This document shows positions 25,870 to 38,485 of a DNA stretch of 64,000 bases, in pieces. Below the pieces are notes generated by a model. That model ran no database searches. It saw nothing but the letters and a program-made list of their open reading frames with translations, and was not told the DNA's origin. Within the stretch, counting starts at the first letter, position 1; the number at the start of each line of letters is the position of its first letter. The stretch is from Parasitella parasitica NRRL 2501 (taxonomy: Eukaryota; Fungi; Mucoromycota), in assembly GCA_025201805.1 (NCBI GenBank), contig MU619259.1:197204-261203 (forward strand), in the 5' to 3' direction. A program made the position numbers and the translations under genes.

Positions 25870-27192
25870 TTATTTTTTGGCATCGTTGTCCGTGAGTATT
25901 CTATCCGCATTGTCAGAGTACGCGGGTGGTGGCAACTCAGCAAAGTATTCACGCTTTCCTGAAGAAGGAATGTCAAATTGATTTTGAAACTCTGCATAAG
26001 ACCGAGCATGTTGAATCGGTTGCTGCTTTTTCTGCTTTGATTTCTCTTCTTGGTAGAGGCGATGGTAGTAATCTGTGGCTTGACAGTGGTCTGAGGCGTT
26101 GCCCTGATTGTCAGTTGTAGGAATAGGCTTGGGATCCCTATTCTTGTCGGCGGTATTTGCTTCAAGTGGTGAATTGGTCGCTGCTGCTTTCCCTGTTCCC
26201 TGCTGTTGCTGTTGCTGCTGCTTTTGCTGTTGCCCTGCCGTTCTCAGTTGCGTTTCATCGCTTGTCAACAGCAAGGCGTCCTCATCGTCCTCGTCTTCGT
26301 GGCGAAACAGTGCGCCCACTTCTGTTAATGTAGTCCGCTCATCCTTTGGCTTCCAACCATCGACGGTCAGCAATGCATCCTGGAGAATCATGTCGCAATT
26401 GCTGCTTGCATGGTTTTCGGCGTCCAGCAGATCCACAATGTACTTTCCGTATCCTGCAATAATGGCAGTCTTTTCAGCATACTCTTGCAACGCATTGAAC
26501 CTCAAATGAAATGCCTCTTTCATAATAAACCGCTTGTACTCTTGATCTTCTGTTTCTTTGGCGCTTGTGTCGAGCTGTGCAAGCTCCCTTTCAAGCTCTG
26601 GGATCTTTTTTGACGTAGGGTTTGATTTGGAGAGGTGATGGATACGTTCTTGAATCGTCTGCTTCTTTTCCCGAAGATCTGCTAGTTCTACTTCTTTCTC
26701 GCGCATCGATTTGATTGCGCGTCTGTACAATCTGTATCTCTCCGTGTATTGTTTCTCCAGCTCTACCTGCTTATCCAGCAGCTTCGATAGAGTGGACCCA
26801 ATGTCCTATGTGTATGTGTGTATATGTGTATGTGTGTATGTGTGTATGTGTGTATATGTGTATATATGTGTGTGTGTACATGTGTATGTTTATATATTAG
26901 TAAACTATGCTCAATTACTCAGTGACCTGAACAACACCTCGATATCCTCACTGTAGTTTGCATGCTGCTTGTTCTTTACCAGCTCGTCTTTGATCCACTC
27001 TAGAAAAGCTTTGTTTGTTTCAGCATGGTGGTAAGCTGTTGTTTTCATGAACGAAAGATCGTTTCTCTCCTCAAACAGCCAGAGATTTAATGAACGCGTA
27101 TCCTGGTTCTGCATAGGATTGTTCTTTGCGACTTGAGACTTTACGTTGGTAGTCAATTTACCAATGTTGAACTGTAAATCCTTGAAATTCAT
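25870..27192 (-). CDS. Eisosome Pil1/Lsp1-like BAR-domain protein; exons 27192-26938 and 26805-25870
   Basis: EDIE|DIGSTLSKLL, YRRAIKSMREKE, KIPELERELA, KRFIMKEAFHLRFNALQEYAEKTAIIAGYGKYIVDLLD match the Pil1 domain pattern. Confidence 0.85.
26808..26888. repeat. Compound (TG/TA)n microsatellite inside the Pil1-like intron
   Basis: tgtgtatgtgtgtatatgtg... seen directly. Confidence 0.95.
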
Positions 27193-27290
27193 GTGTGTGT
27201 TAAGAAATAAGAAAAGAAAACAAAGAAGAAGAAAGAAAAAAAAAGAGTACATATATACACACACACACAAGGTCAACGTATTTATTTACA

Positions 27291-28086
27291 TTAGAAATCG
27301 TCTTCATCTTTTTCCATCCAGCGTTCTTGGACATCACTGACATCTTCATGATAGCCGGCTTTCATGGCAGTCAGCATGATGGACTCGTTGCCTTCGGTTA
27401 AACCACCAAAAACAAACCCACCCGCCTTATCAATCACCTGCTGCAGCCTAGTCATCGAGTCTTTGTCCTCTACGCACAGTGTATAGAATCCAACCAGTGA
27501 AAAGTCTTGGATCAAATCACATAAAGCCTCATTCAGTTTCTTGTATTTGGATCCAAACGGGTCTTCATTGAGAGAGTCCAGCAAGTAGGACAGATCCATC
27601 ACATCCGTATAGTACTGTAGATTGAACCGGAGCTTGCCGTACGATTCAATCAAGTCTACCTTTGATAGCACATTGACGTGAGGCAGTTCCAGTTGTATCA
27701 TGGTCTTGAGTGCAAGCAGCAAGACCGAAATGTACTTTGCTGGATCAGTGCAGTAATGCGCATCCACCATGTTGACAGCTACGAGGCGATAATCTGCCTT
27801 TTCCAACCCATGCAAAATGTCTTTTACAGCTGAATGGTGCGTGAATAGCTCTACCTGTCCGGGAAAATCAAACAGAATGTAGTGGTCCTCTCCAAGCGCT
27901 TGCAATTTATCAGTCAGCCAATCCATATTCTTGAGTAGATACTCGATGCAAAACATGATGCCACCATTTGGGCCCAAGGACAGTTCGTTCATGGTGTCTT
28001 CCAGTGTGATTAGATCGGAAAGATTGATTGCGCACGGATAGGGTATGTTGTCGTTGGCAGGGTCCAGATTAACAATGGCTACTTTT
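27291..28086 (-). CDS. GPN2: GPN-loop GTPase 2 (3' exon; 5' exon with the P-loop is missing, probably in gap 28128-28332)
   Basis: VNLDPAN, LGPNGG (GPN loop), FDFPGQVELFTHH, LPHVNVLSKVDL, LIQDFSLVGF; splice acceptor at 28088-28087. Confidence 0.9.
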
Positions 28087-28637
28087 CTAATTCTTGTTAA
28101 GACTTTTTTTTTTTTTTTTTTTTTTTTNNNNNNNNNNNNNNNNNNNNNNNNNNNNNNNNNNNNNNNNNNNNNNNNNNNNNNNNNNNNNNNNNNNNNNNNN
28201 NNNNNNNNNNNNNNNNNNNNNNNNNNNNNNNNNNNNNNNNNNNNNNNNNNNNNNNNNNNNNNNNNNNNNNNNNNNNNNNNNNNNNNNNNNNNNNNNNNNN
28301 NNNNNNNNNNNNNNNNNNNNNNNNNNNNNNNNAAAAAAAAAAAAGGAAAAATTTGTTTCAAGCTCCTTGGAAGGACGCTGTCCTGAGAGTTATGATGGGA
28401 ATTCATTTGAAATGTCAAAGATCACAAAAAAAGTGGTATCATTGCATTGATTTCGGTCCAAGCTAGCTCAGAGAATTTTTCTTTATTTATGATTTTAATA
28501 ATGTACGATGAAAAGAAAGAAAGAATAAAGAGATGCCATATAAATGAAAAGGGGTGGTTAAAATTTAAATTTTCTACATAGGGGATTTACAGGGAATAGC
28601 AGCGTTATATACAGGTAATGAAAAATGGCATAGTAAA

Positions 28638-28931
28638 TTACAATGATCCATGTAAATTAACAACGATATGCATCCATTCGTGATGGTTGCTGGAGAAATG
28701 TGAGCTGATCCATTTGTATACAAAGACGCCGTTCATTCTAACCACCAACTTCTTTTGGCAAATGGGACATGGTCGGTATGAAAACTTTCGGTCTTCGTTC
28801 GTTGTGCCAGTTGATCCGGCTAAAGCAGCTGCTATTATCCTTCGATTGCTGCTTTTGAGAAGCTTTTCTTGCTGTTGTGTAAACAGATATGCGATGTTGC
28901 TGGTCGATTTTGCAGGAGATCCCAAAGACAT
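28638..28931 (-). CDS. Small putative zinc-finger protein (97 aa; CxxC-x19-H-x4-H)
   Basis: ATG ORF with TATAAAA about 60 nt upstream; CPICQKKLVVRMNGVFVYKWISSHFSSNHH. Confidence 0.55.
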   Translation of the reverse strand: MSLGSPAKSTSNIAYLFTQQQEKLLKSSNRRIIAAALAGSTGTTNEDRKFSYRPCPICQKKLVVRMNGVFVYKWISSHFSSNHHEWMHIVVNLHGSL

Positions 28932-30748
28932 TGAAGAAACTGAAGTGAACCAGGCTCACTGGGGGCTGGTTTTTTTTTTGCTTTCTTTTTATACATTTTC
29001 AAGCAGTTGCACTAAATTACAAATATAAATCGAAAAGCATGATGGTGTCTTCCCCTGTTCAAATAAGGATACACAGATACAGGATCATCACCCCATGAAA
29101 AATAAAAAAGAAATTCTCCCTTGGCTCATTATGGCCCTGCTACGCCTATTTTCATTTTAGGCGTTGTACATGCTGCGACAGTAATTGACCCCAATATGTG
29201 GCCAAAGAGAGGAGAGGAGGGCTGTCCTTATTGAGTAATATTGTAATTCACACAGAAACACATGTACTCGCACTGACCAATGCTTTTTTACAGGAGGAGA
29301 GAACACAGCACCCTCTCCTTCCTAGATACCAGCACTGAATTCCGCCTACATAATGCTTGGGGCCATGTATCTAATTGCTTTAATTGAGCACACTGCATAG
29401 CTTGCTTTATCCAGTCAAAAAGCCGTTGGATCGATCTTCCAACTAAATGCGTTGGTCTCTCTCTTTGCATTGCATGATCAGCCAAGTTCTGTTAGTAGGC
29501 TAAATGGCTCCCTCACCTCGCATGATGGGCTGTATTAGTCGCCTAGGAAAAATTTACTCATAAACCACAGCTGATTCAGTAGTAATACGCTCTATTCTAC
29601 CATGTACAACTCGAATTGATCATAGGGAAGAAAGAAGCAATTTGTTTTGATACAAGTTGCTATTTAAGCCTGCAAATGTAACGTAATCGGCTGGAATTAG
29701 CTTGCTCAAAAGGCAAATCTCAGTTTCGTCATGGACGATTGTTATATGACTGAAAGTGGTGTAACGCCCGCAGACCGTTTCTATTTCTGACATGCAACAT
29801 CTTGTGCTATATATGGCCACTAATTGGGAAAATTCTCAAAAGCCATCATTGAACAAGTGTAACCATTTCTTGCATTGTCAAGCGTAATAGCGTAGTCTGC
29901 ACGACAACAATGACTCGCATTCAAAACAAGACATACCAAGTGCCCATCGTAAGCATCCGAGTGCCCCCTCTCCAACTCTCTTTTGTGTGGTTGCGGCATC
30001 TAGTCTTGCCATGGGAGGTCAGGTTTGAAAATGACACCTTCTACAGCTCCAAAGATTGGCTGTCGCAATGTGAGTGCATGAGGCGATTTTCCATATATAC
30101 AAGCAGTGCTGCGTTGGATCAAACAATTTATCGTCATTCATGCACCTATATATAAAACTTGCAGCCATGTTAGTGAATAAATATATATATAGGATATATG
30201 TGTATATCATCATTCCCTATAATATAGCCTATCTCCGTATTGAAACAATTGTTGACTTTAGAAGTATCCGAGGATTTGACCAAAGCCGTACACGTGGGTT
30301 CTTTTTTTTTTTTTTTTTTNNNNNNNNNNACATATTTAGCATATGCATGAAATTAAGCCTGTTTATATTGGTCAAAGTTAGAGAGGCTTCCTCGTCCATC
30401 TCTTGTTTGTCTTGTCAGATGATTTCGAGGTCTTGTAAATATCTCGATTGTATGTTGTTTGGTATGCTGAAGCATTTTCTTTGCTTCTTTACACTAAAGC
30501 CAAGATATCATCACCTGTTGGGATGGGGCTATTCCGACACAATGCAGTGTCATCTATCTATGCATAATGGAATCAGAAAACCGTTGCTATCCGTTTGAAT
30601 AATGTAGAATTGATCACTCTACTGCCAATTTATATGCAATAAGGAAAGATACCGAAATGCAATGATAGTTGCAATTCAAAACAGTACTGTAAATCCTCAT
30701 AGTATTATTTGATTCAATATATTGTTATTTTTTTTTATTCATTGTCTC

Positions 30749-31694
30749 CTAGGAATATCTATGGCCACTCAGTTGATCAAGGTATTCCGCATTGGTTGTA
30801 CTGCAAGTTAACGTCTCCTTTGCTGTGGCATACAATTTCTCACTCACTTTTTCAGCTTGAAGCGACTAATAACATGATGGCTTAGCCTTTTTTGAACACT
30901 GTCAAATGACAAAACTTACATTCTCATCATAGTATACAATGGGCTGCCAATCCTCATCATCGGCATTACGTACAGCCATAGAGTACACGTTTCTACGTAT
31001 GTTGCCCTCGCGCTCTGTATTCTTTACCGATACTTGCACGGCTTGTGCTGTGTTTGTATCTACTTCTCGCTTCTTTTCCTCCAGCTTTTCTACGTCTTGG
31101 ATTCGCTTATTCGCTGCTTTCCACTTTTCGTCAATCTTGTCAATATATTTAAATCCAGGTCTCAGCTGGATTGTTGTGTTAATAGGTGTCAGATGCAGTT
31201 CCTCTAACATTATTAATCAATGAACACCACATCAGAACTGCAATTACTTTTGCATAGTTACCGTTACGAATAACACCAACCACATACTTTGTCTGCGAAG
31301 GCACATTAACCGAAGTTAATGTCATTTTATCCAGTAATTCCTCTTCCTTCCTGGGTACTTTGTAGCTGTGGCCCATATTCAATTCTTCCTCATGCTCTTC
31401 CATACGTCTATCGTATGCAGTTTTTATGGTCTTGTCGTTCAAGCCCATGGCAAAATCTTCGCCACGCTCGGTACTGTAATTAGTAGAACGGGTATCTAGG
31501 GGCAAATCCAACTCAACCATCTTGGCTCTAGGCTTTATACGTGCTGCACTAGGCCCAGTTTTAGAGGTAAAAGGGGTCGAACGCATAGGATACTGAAACA
31601 TGTACAAGTATTTACTGAGTTCAGTGGTTAGATAGATGGGATATTCGGCCAGCACTTCATCTTCTTCTTCCATAGTGTTAGAGTATTCTGACAT
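30749..31694 (-). CDS. RPC37: RNA polymerase III subunit RPC5/C37 (Sin-like domain), 3 exons
   Basis: EEDEVLAEYPIYL...LYMFQYPMR, ARIKP, VELDLPLDT, YVVGVIR, ELHLTPINTTIQLRPGFKYID. Confidence 0.9.
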
Positions 31695-34053
31695 GGCTTT
31701 GATTAAAAATGCGTTCAATTTTTTTTTTTTTCATCCTGCTATCTTGGATGGTTGTGACCTTTTAGAAGTGACTCTTTGAAGGCGTCTCATCACGGCAAGT
31801 GGATCATTGCAAGCTCTACTACAAATACATTATCAAATTGCAGATTTAGTCTACTATAAAAAGAATAATACATCTAAATCCTCAGACTAGTTTGGTGTTT
31901 AAGAAGTTTATGAGTTGGAGGATATCCCAAGGGAAAAAAACACATTGATGGTCAACATGCTTGGTTTAGTTGACCTGATTAGCCGGGCTTCGTATTTTTT
32001 AGCTTCTTGGCGACGTAATAATCTCATTCTTGTTGTACTGTACCAAACCAATTTGGCAAGGCAATTTTAATTTGTAAATGAGCTTAATATTCACGTTCTC
32101 TCATATGAAACATCTTTGTTGGGCCCTCTTTTTTTTTCAGATGCTATGAACGCTTGTATTGATTTTACAAGTTCAGATGGTTTATTTTGTAGTGCTTTTG
32201 GTTGCGCACAATACCTAAATTGAAAGCAGTAAAATCTATTAGCCAAGAAATGCGAATGTACATATGATGATGGAAAATAAATAAGCAAAGATATTCGTAT
32301 GGCAAGACATTAGAAGAATTTACCTCTTCTTTGCATGGAAGCTTCAAGGAGGATTTACGATGCTAACCCCAGGGTATTTTTGCTTTGTTGTAAAAAGGAC
32401 ATCTCTCATGATTTGTAGGTCAGAGGACACCAAAAATTTGATAGAAAACCTGAAAAGTCGTATGATGTGCAGTAACTACATCCCTTTATCCCTTTTTGTT
32501 TCTATTTTAACATACACTTCAGCTTCATTAAGCTATAAACACTCTAAAATATCTTATTTTCGGGAGCCCCTGTGTCAGTCTTTACAACTTTCCAATATCA
32601 TCTATACAATTTTCAATCAGGAAAAGAGGTGACCTATCAAGGGAACAAAGAAAATCAGAGAAAATGACACAAATGTGCCAGATATAGCGCTTCATTTAAA
32701 CTTAACCACGTTTTATGCGCATAGCACAATGAGAAGGATCCTTCGGGGTAGAGCGAGTCTAAATACAACTATATGGATCATGTTTGCATGTTGGCATTTA
32801 ATCTCTACACCCAAAAAAGTAAAACACATCAATGTAACTATTCTAGTTGTTTCTGATGATCAGCACATCTGCGGCAGTTTTGTAATAATTAGTTTTTCTA
32901 TGCCACAGCTCTTGATAATAATACAGCTTATGAATAGTGAAAATGGTAGCATGTGTACAATATATCATTTATCTGTAACATTCGACTCTCATGCACTGTA
33001 TTAAATAAGATCATAGTATTTATACCAAAGGTTATTCTCTTTTTCTCCTTCTCTCTCATTAGCAGGTTCTTGTCTTTAGCTTTCCCTTGCATTAATAGTA
33101 ATTGGCTCTACCTGTTTCAAGCTTAATCGTTCATACCGTAGCAATGGGCTCGATGTCTGCGCTCAATTGTCTTTGTGCTCAATATACAAATAAATATGTC
33201 TTGTTATAATTTTGTATGTCTACTTCGCAACATCTCTCAGTTGAAATAAAGTAGATTAGAAATGCGCAAGGTAAATGACGAAGATAATATTCGAACAAAG
33301 CCTTGGTTCAACAAGCTTTATCGTAATTTTGTATTATCGAAAAAGTCGGGATAGTAACATACGTGTCTGATATATCTTCCATCTACTGGAAACACATCGA
33401 ATAAGCGATTGCTCGGACTCACTTGCAATCTTCAGAACCACATCGAGATTAGGTAATTATTTCTAAAGTAGTGGCTTTTGAGAAACCATGTCAAAATAGT
33501 TGCTCTTCAGGTTTGATGAGGTACTTTTGTCAGACCAGTCATCTTTGACAACAAAAGATAGTAAAAGCATAATTAGAACCAAAACTGCTGCGAGAAGTTA
33601 TCTTATATCGCTATATTCATGCTAGCCAGGAGATAGTATATTCTTGGATAGGCATACGTCGACTGTGGATAGAGCTTTGACATCATGGAAGATACTGAGC
33701 AAAATATTGCACGACTAGTGTTGACCTCGCACAAAAATTGAAGATATATTATTATTATCATTATCATCATTGGAGCCGTCGTCCAGGAGTCTTCATCGTT
33801 ACTTGGTTTCAAACGACGATAAAGAAAATCATAAATATTTGTCATCGTGTTTATAAACGAAATGTAAGGGGGCTCCTCTCGTTTTCCCCCACGTTCATTC
33901 GGCATTGCGGACCAATGATCAATAAAAGACAATTGTATTTGTGAAAAAGATGAAAAATTTAGACAACATGGCCATATATGAAGAAGTTTAAGGTTTTTTT
34001 TTATTGTATTCTAAAACGATGTTTGACAAGGAAAGCGAAAATTACTCCATGTG

Positions 34054-34114
<61 letters not shown>
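34054..34114. repeat. Poly-A homopolymer downstream of TAM41
   Basis: About 60 consecutive A. Confidence 0.95.
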
Positions 34115-34116
<2 letters not shown>

Positions 34117-34200
34117 GCAAAAGGGACGCAAGAAAACGAGGGTATGCAAGAAGAATTTAAATTATAATACAGAAAGCAAAAGGGAAGAATTTGCAAAGCT

Positions 34201-35656
34201 TTACTTTTTTGCTACCCACCATTTGCTCAATTTTTCGCCAGCATAGCGACCGGTCTTGAGAGTGCCTGCAGTAAAAATACCCTTGATACTTTGAGTGATA
34301 GCCGTACCAGCGATAATCTCAGTTAGCCCTACATTAATGTAGTCGAGTTAATAGATGCTTCAAAAACCCGCTATATTTGCTAACCTTTCTCGATATAATT
34401 GTTCAGAGCCTCAGATTGAGCAATTTGCTCATACATGACAAGCTTATCTTCTGGAACATTTACATTATTTCTGCTGGCGTATTGCATGTGCTGTCTGATC
34501 ACTTTGTCGTATAGAGTTTTGGGCAGTTTCTTGACCATCAGACCACGGAATCTAGGGTTATAACTTTGTTGGAGTTTACCGTCATTTAGTACAGAAACAT
34601 TTGGCAAATCATCCAATAAACCAAAGTAAAGCCGATGAAAATTCTCCATTTGAGTGCTCACGATATTCTTCACCTTGTTGGGGTTTTCTCCTACAATCAT
34701 TCTAAAATCGCCCTTGTAACTGATACCCGCAATGCGATCAAATAATTGCTCTTCAGTGAAATTCTCGGGCAAAGTCAAAAGGGCCACACGAACAGCTTCG
34801 GTCAAGTTGACTTGATTAGCTAAACGCACTCGAGAGTCATCACGGAGGATCTTTACAGGCTTATGCATGCGACCGGCCAGATAAAGCGTTTCCCAATCAA
34901 TCAAATCTTTGCACAGTTTATCGATGGAAACCACACCGTATTTGATGTTCATGCCATTGACTTGAACGTAAGGGTTGAAATAGACGCCTGCACCTACTTT
35001 TTCTTGCAGAAGAGCAACAGCACCTGAACCAAGTGCACGAATACCTGAATAGTGGTGAGGATTTTGCTGCATATTCAAATCATGCCAATGGCCTGGGTGA
35101 CTAACACCAAAAATAAAGTCAACCATAGGCTTCTTCTACAGAGCATTCGTTGTGCCGATGAGTCAACATGTGATATAAACATTTCTGCGCATCATTTCAT
35201 ACCTTCTCATCGTAGCCTGATTGATGAAATACGCCGCTACCGTAAGCAATGGCATATCTCACAGGCGCATTAAATTTCGACACAACGTCCTTTAGCTGCT
35301 GTTTTAATTCCTCATTGATACTCATGTATTGATTTGTACCAAAATCAGGAGAATCCGGAATATTTGTTGGGTGAAAATGGTGCTGGCGAAGACGTTCCAG
35401 CTTGACACGAGTTTCGTCCGAGAATAACTGATCTGGCTTTATAGGCTTGGTTTCCTGAGCTGTCTTTTTTTGCATAGAAGGAGGGAGTGGAATCTCGTTA
35501 TTGGAGTAGTTGATGGTTTCCAATGACATGTATCGTGCTGATACAAATACATTGCGGGCATTTGTATTTTTCAAGGCGGTTGTGATTGTGTTCTTTGTAC
35601 ATGTAGATTAGTTTACGGTCGTTTCCATCATTTTTTAGATTTGTACCTTAAGCATG
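34201..35656 (-). CDS. TAM41: Mitochondrial phosphatidate cytidylyltransferase TAM41/MMP37, 4 exons
   Basis: YAIAYGSGVFHQ, MVDFIFGV, GAGVYFNPYV, IKYGVV, LYLAGRMHKPV, ISYKGDFRM.VGENPNKVKNIV, QSIKGIFTAG. Confidence 0.95.
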
Positions 35657-37217
35657 ATTTCAAAAGGAAACAGTGTGAAAGAAGAAAGAAAAGACCAAGA
35701 AATGCACCGAGGGTCTCGTCTCCTTAATAAATGAAAATCCAGCGAGAAACGTCACCGTTCCCTACAATGTGAAATAAGCTAAATAGGGCTGAGTAATTGG
35801 TTACCCCAGAATCTCTTGTTGGATACATCTACCATGATTGGCTTAATTGCTTAATGGCTTAATGAAAGGGACCCGTTCGTAGGGTAGATGCCAGCAGAAA
35901 AAAAAGTCCGTGAATTTGACTCAATTTTCAGATTTGAAACGAGCGAATTAAACGCTATGGCTATTTTTATTTGTCTATCTTGGCAGCAAAGGAATCTAGG
36001 CTGCACAATCTGAACTTGATACTTGGAGAAATATCATTGTATTTATAGGGCTGTTGGAAATGCGAAATACCACATGTCTCCATAGACCATTTCCGACAAT
36101 AAAAATTGGTTTTGACAGACACAAACAGATCTCAGAAATGAAACCTATCAATTGTTGATGTTCGGCAGCCATATTCTGCACTAATGTACCAAGGCATGTT
36201 TTTTTTTTTCTTTACAATTTGCATTATTATTATGCCTTGGAAGATCTTTGTGTGTCAGATGATCTCTAAGGAGCAAATTTGTATACACAAATCCATGTGT
36301 TTTCAAGCTTTTATAGTGTTTGGAGTACTATGATATGAACACATTAACGTTATGGAAATAATATGCAGCATTTGTTGAATACCAGCGATATTAATCTCTT
36401 TGACAGTATTACAGCTGCATACACTGCTTTTGCTAATGCAGCATCACAGGCATATTTTCGGCGTGTACTATGCGTCCAAGACATTCGAGTTCATCCGATT
36501 ACTGATTTCGGAAAGCTTAAATATACACAAAATATATAGCATAAAAGCATCAAACTTGCCAGTCATTTCTAGACTTATATGCTCCAAGTGTTGCCATTGT
36601 TTGATATTGTAAATGCTTCATGGATTTCTTATCAAGCGGCATACAACAAGATGTAAAATTATTCTGTTTACCAATCTGCGTAAAGTTGTCCTCTACACGG
36701 GTATACATGGGGGCGGATTGTTTTGTATTGAATCGGAAAGTCTATGAAAGCTTTTACGTTTCTCCTAGCTCATATTCAGTATTTGTATTTTGCTTATTCT
36801 ACTTTTACAGCACATACGCAAGTATATTAGCAATGTGAGAAATGCTTTTCAAAGAGGAATTATATACAGCATCCGCACACGAATGGCTCTTTGCGTCTTC
36901 ACCATCATAGCACATTTATACAAAGTCTATGCGTACCCAAAAGGCAGTTCTGGATGTATTTCATGTCCATTCACAGCTTGGATATTATCTTCTAAAGTGT
37001 AGTTGTGCTATAAATATACAATGCCCACGAGCTCTGGTTCTTTTAACTAAATATATCAAGGTGTGCTGCAACTATGCGCTAAATACACCAAGGGAAAGTG
37101 GAACCTCCCCCCCCCCTTTTTTTTGTTAGGAAACCGGTGCAGGAGGGAAAAGGTAAAAAGTATAAATAGTACCTTAGATTGGCACATTCACCCATTTCCT
37201 TATTCCCTCCTTGTCAA

Positions 37218-37475
37218 ATGAAGCTCTCTATTATTATCACCGGTCTCTTCTCTGCCACACTCGCCAAGGCTGCTGTGTACACAATTAATTTCAACAGCAA
37301 CCAAGATGCTTTAGCCTGTCAAACCGACGATATCAAGTACATTACCAAGGTCTCTGATGACAACAAGGTTACTGGAACACAACTTGTCCTGACTAACTCC
37401 AAGGACTGTAATCCTGTTGTAATTACACAATTTGTTGATGTCTGCCATGCTCTTGACACCAGCAAGTGTGAATAA
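37218..37475 (+). CDS. Small secreted protein (85 aa, 4 Cys)
   Basis: TATAAAT at 37161; signal peptide MKLSIIITGLFSATLAKA; biased codon use; AATAAA at ~37490. Confidence 0.85.
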   Translation: MKLSIIITGLFSATLAKAAVYTINFNSNQDALACQTDDIKYITKVSDDNKVTGTQLVLTNSKDCNPVVITQFVDVCHALDTSKCE

Positions 37476-37710
37476 TGAATTCTTTAATCAATAAAGGTTT
37501 TGCCATGAAATTCATAATATTGTAAAGAGAACGTTACATGCAGTTGTGAATTTTTAGTGATTGTGCATTTATAAGCAAACAATCATCCACTACTGCTAAC
37601 GCGCTACGTGTATCACACTCTATTTCAAAAATCACCGATCCGTTTGTTCCTACAACTACTAGAGGATATTTCGAACTCCAATGTAGGTCTTTCTCTTGTT
37701 TACAATCGAT

Positions 37711-38180
37711 ATGCATAGCCAAGAAGAACATCATCAAGTTGGAGAAACAACAGCTCTGCTTCCAACTACTGCGCATGACAGTACACATCAAGGTAGCGAA
37801 AGAAAGGACTACAAGTATTATTGTATATGGCTGTGGCGCTTCTGCATATTTGCCATTACAGGCTCTTTAAGTGTTCACGTAACCAAGTTTGTTTTGGCTC
37901 TATTTGACTGTCCCAGTAGGTTGATGCTGTTAACTCGGAAGCACTGAGTCTATGCTAAGCTACATGTATGCATTTTCTAGGAAACACATGGTATTACTAT
38001 GTAGGCTTCTTTTTTGCTGAACTCTTTGTATATACAGTCCTGATTGTCCTTATTGGAACTGTGCTATTTCAATGGAGGTTCTTTTGCTTGGTGGCCTTTA
38101 AAATGTGGTCGTGGATACTGCCCCGCAAACCGAAAGTTTGGTGCTATGAGCGGCTTCATAGTCATCGAATAACACTATAA
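37711..38180 (+). CDS. Small membrane protein, DUF6787-like; exons 37711-37915 and 37981-38180
   Basis: In-frame GT-AG intron 37916-37980; IFAITGSLSV...Y.VLIVLIG..FQWRFF...KM pattern recalled from DUF6787. Confidence 0.7.
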
Positions 38181-38485
38181 AGTCTATCTGACTTGTTTAT
38201 GGGGACAGTTATATATTATATGTGTACATGCATATACACCGGTTGCTCTTGAAAAAAACGGACTAGTTGTTTTTGATGCATCATGCATGTGGATTTATCC
38301 AAAAGGCGCTAAATAAAGCTAAATCGCTTTTGTCTATGATGTGTGTATCACCGCATTACAACACAAAGCTGAATCGTCATCATTATCATTGTCATATCAC
38401 ATGCTACTCGAGTATAAAAAAACCTTTCCACTAATAGATTTCCTCGTCTTTTTTCCTTCTTTTTGCACAAAAAATTAAAATTAAA

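Noticed and set aside
26711-26956. Cys/Val/Tyr-rich ORFs (VCVYVC...)
   Set aside because: Translation of the intronic TG/TA microsatellite
29040-29400. Possible small spliced gene (CTGAC...TTTTACAG acceptor-like signal near 29274-29293)
   Set aside because: I could not build a convincing open reading frame across it
33300-33932. Coding-like fragments downstream of TAM41 on the minus strand
   Set aside because: Frames are interrupted and match no family I recognise; possibly a pseudogene but unsupported
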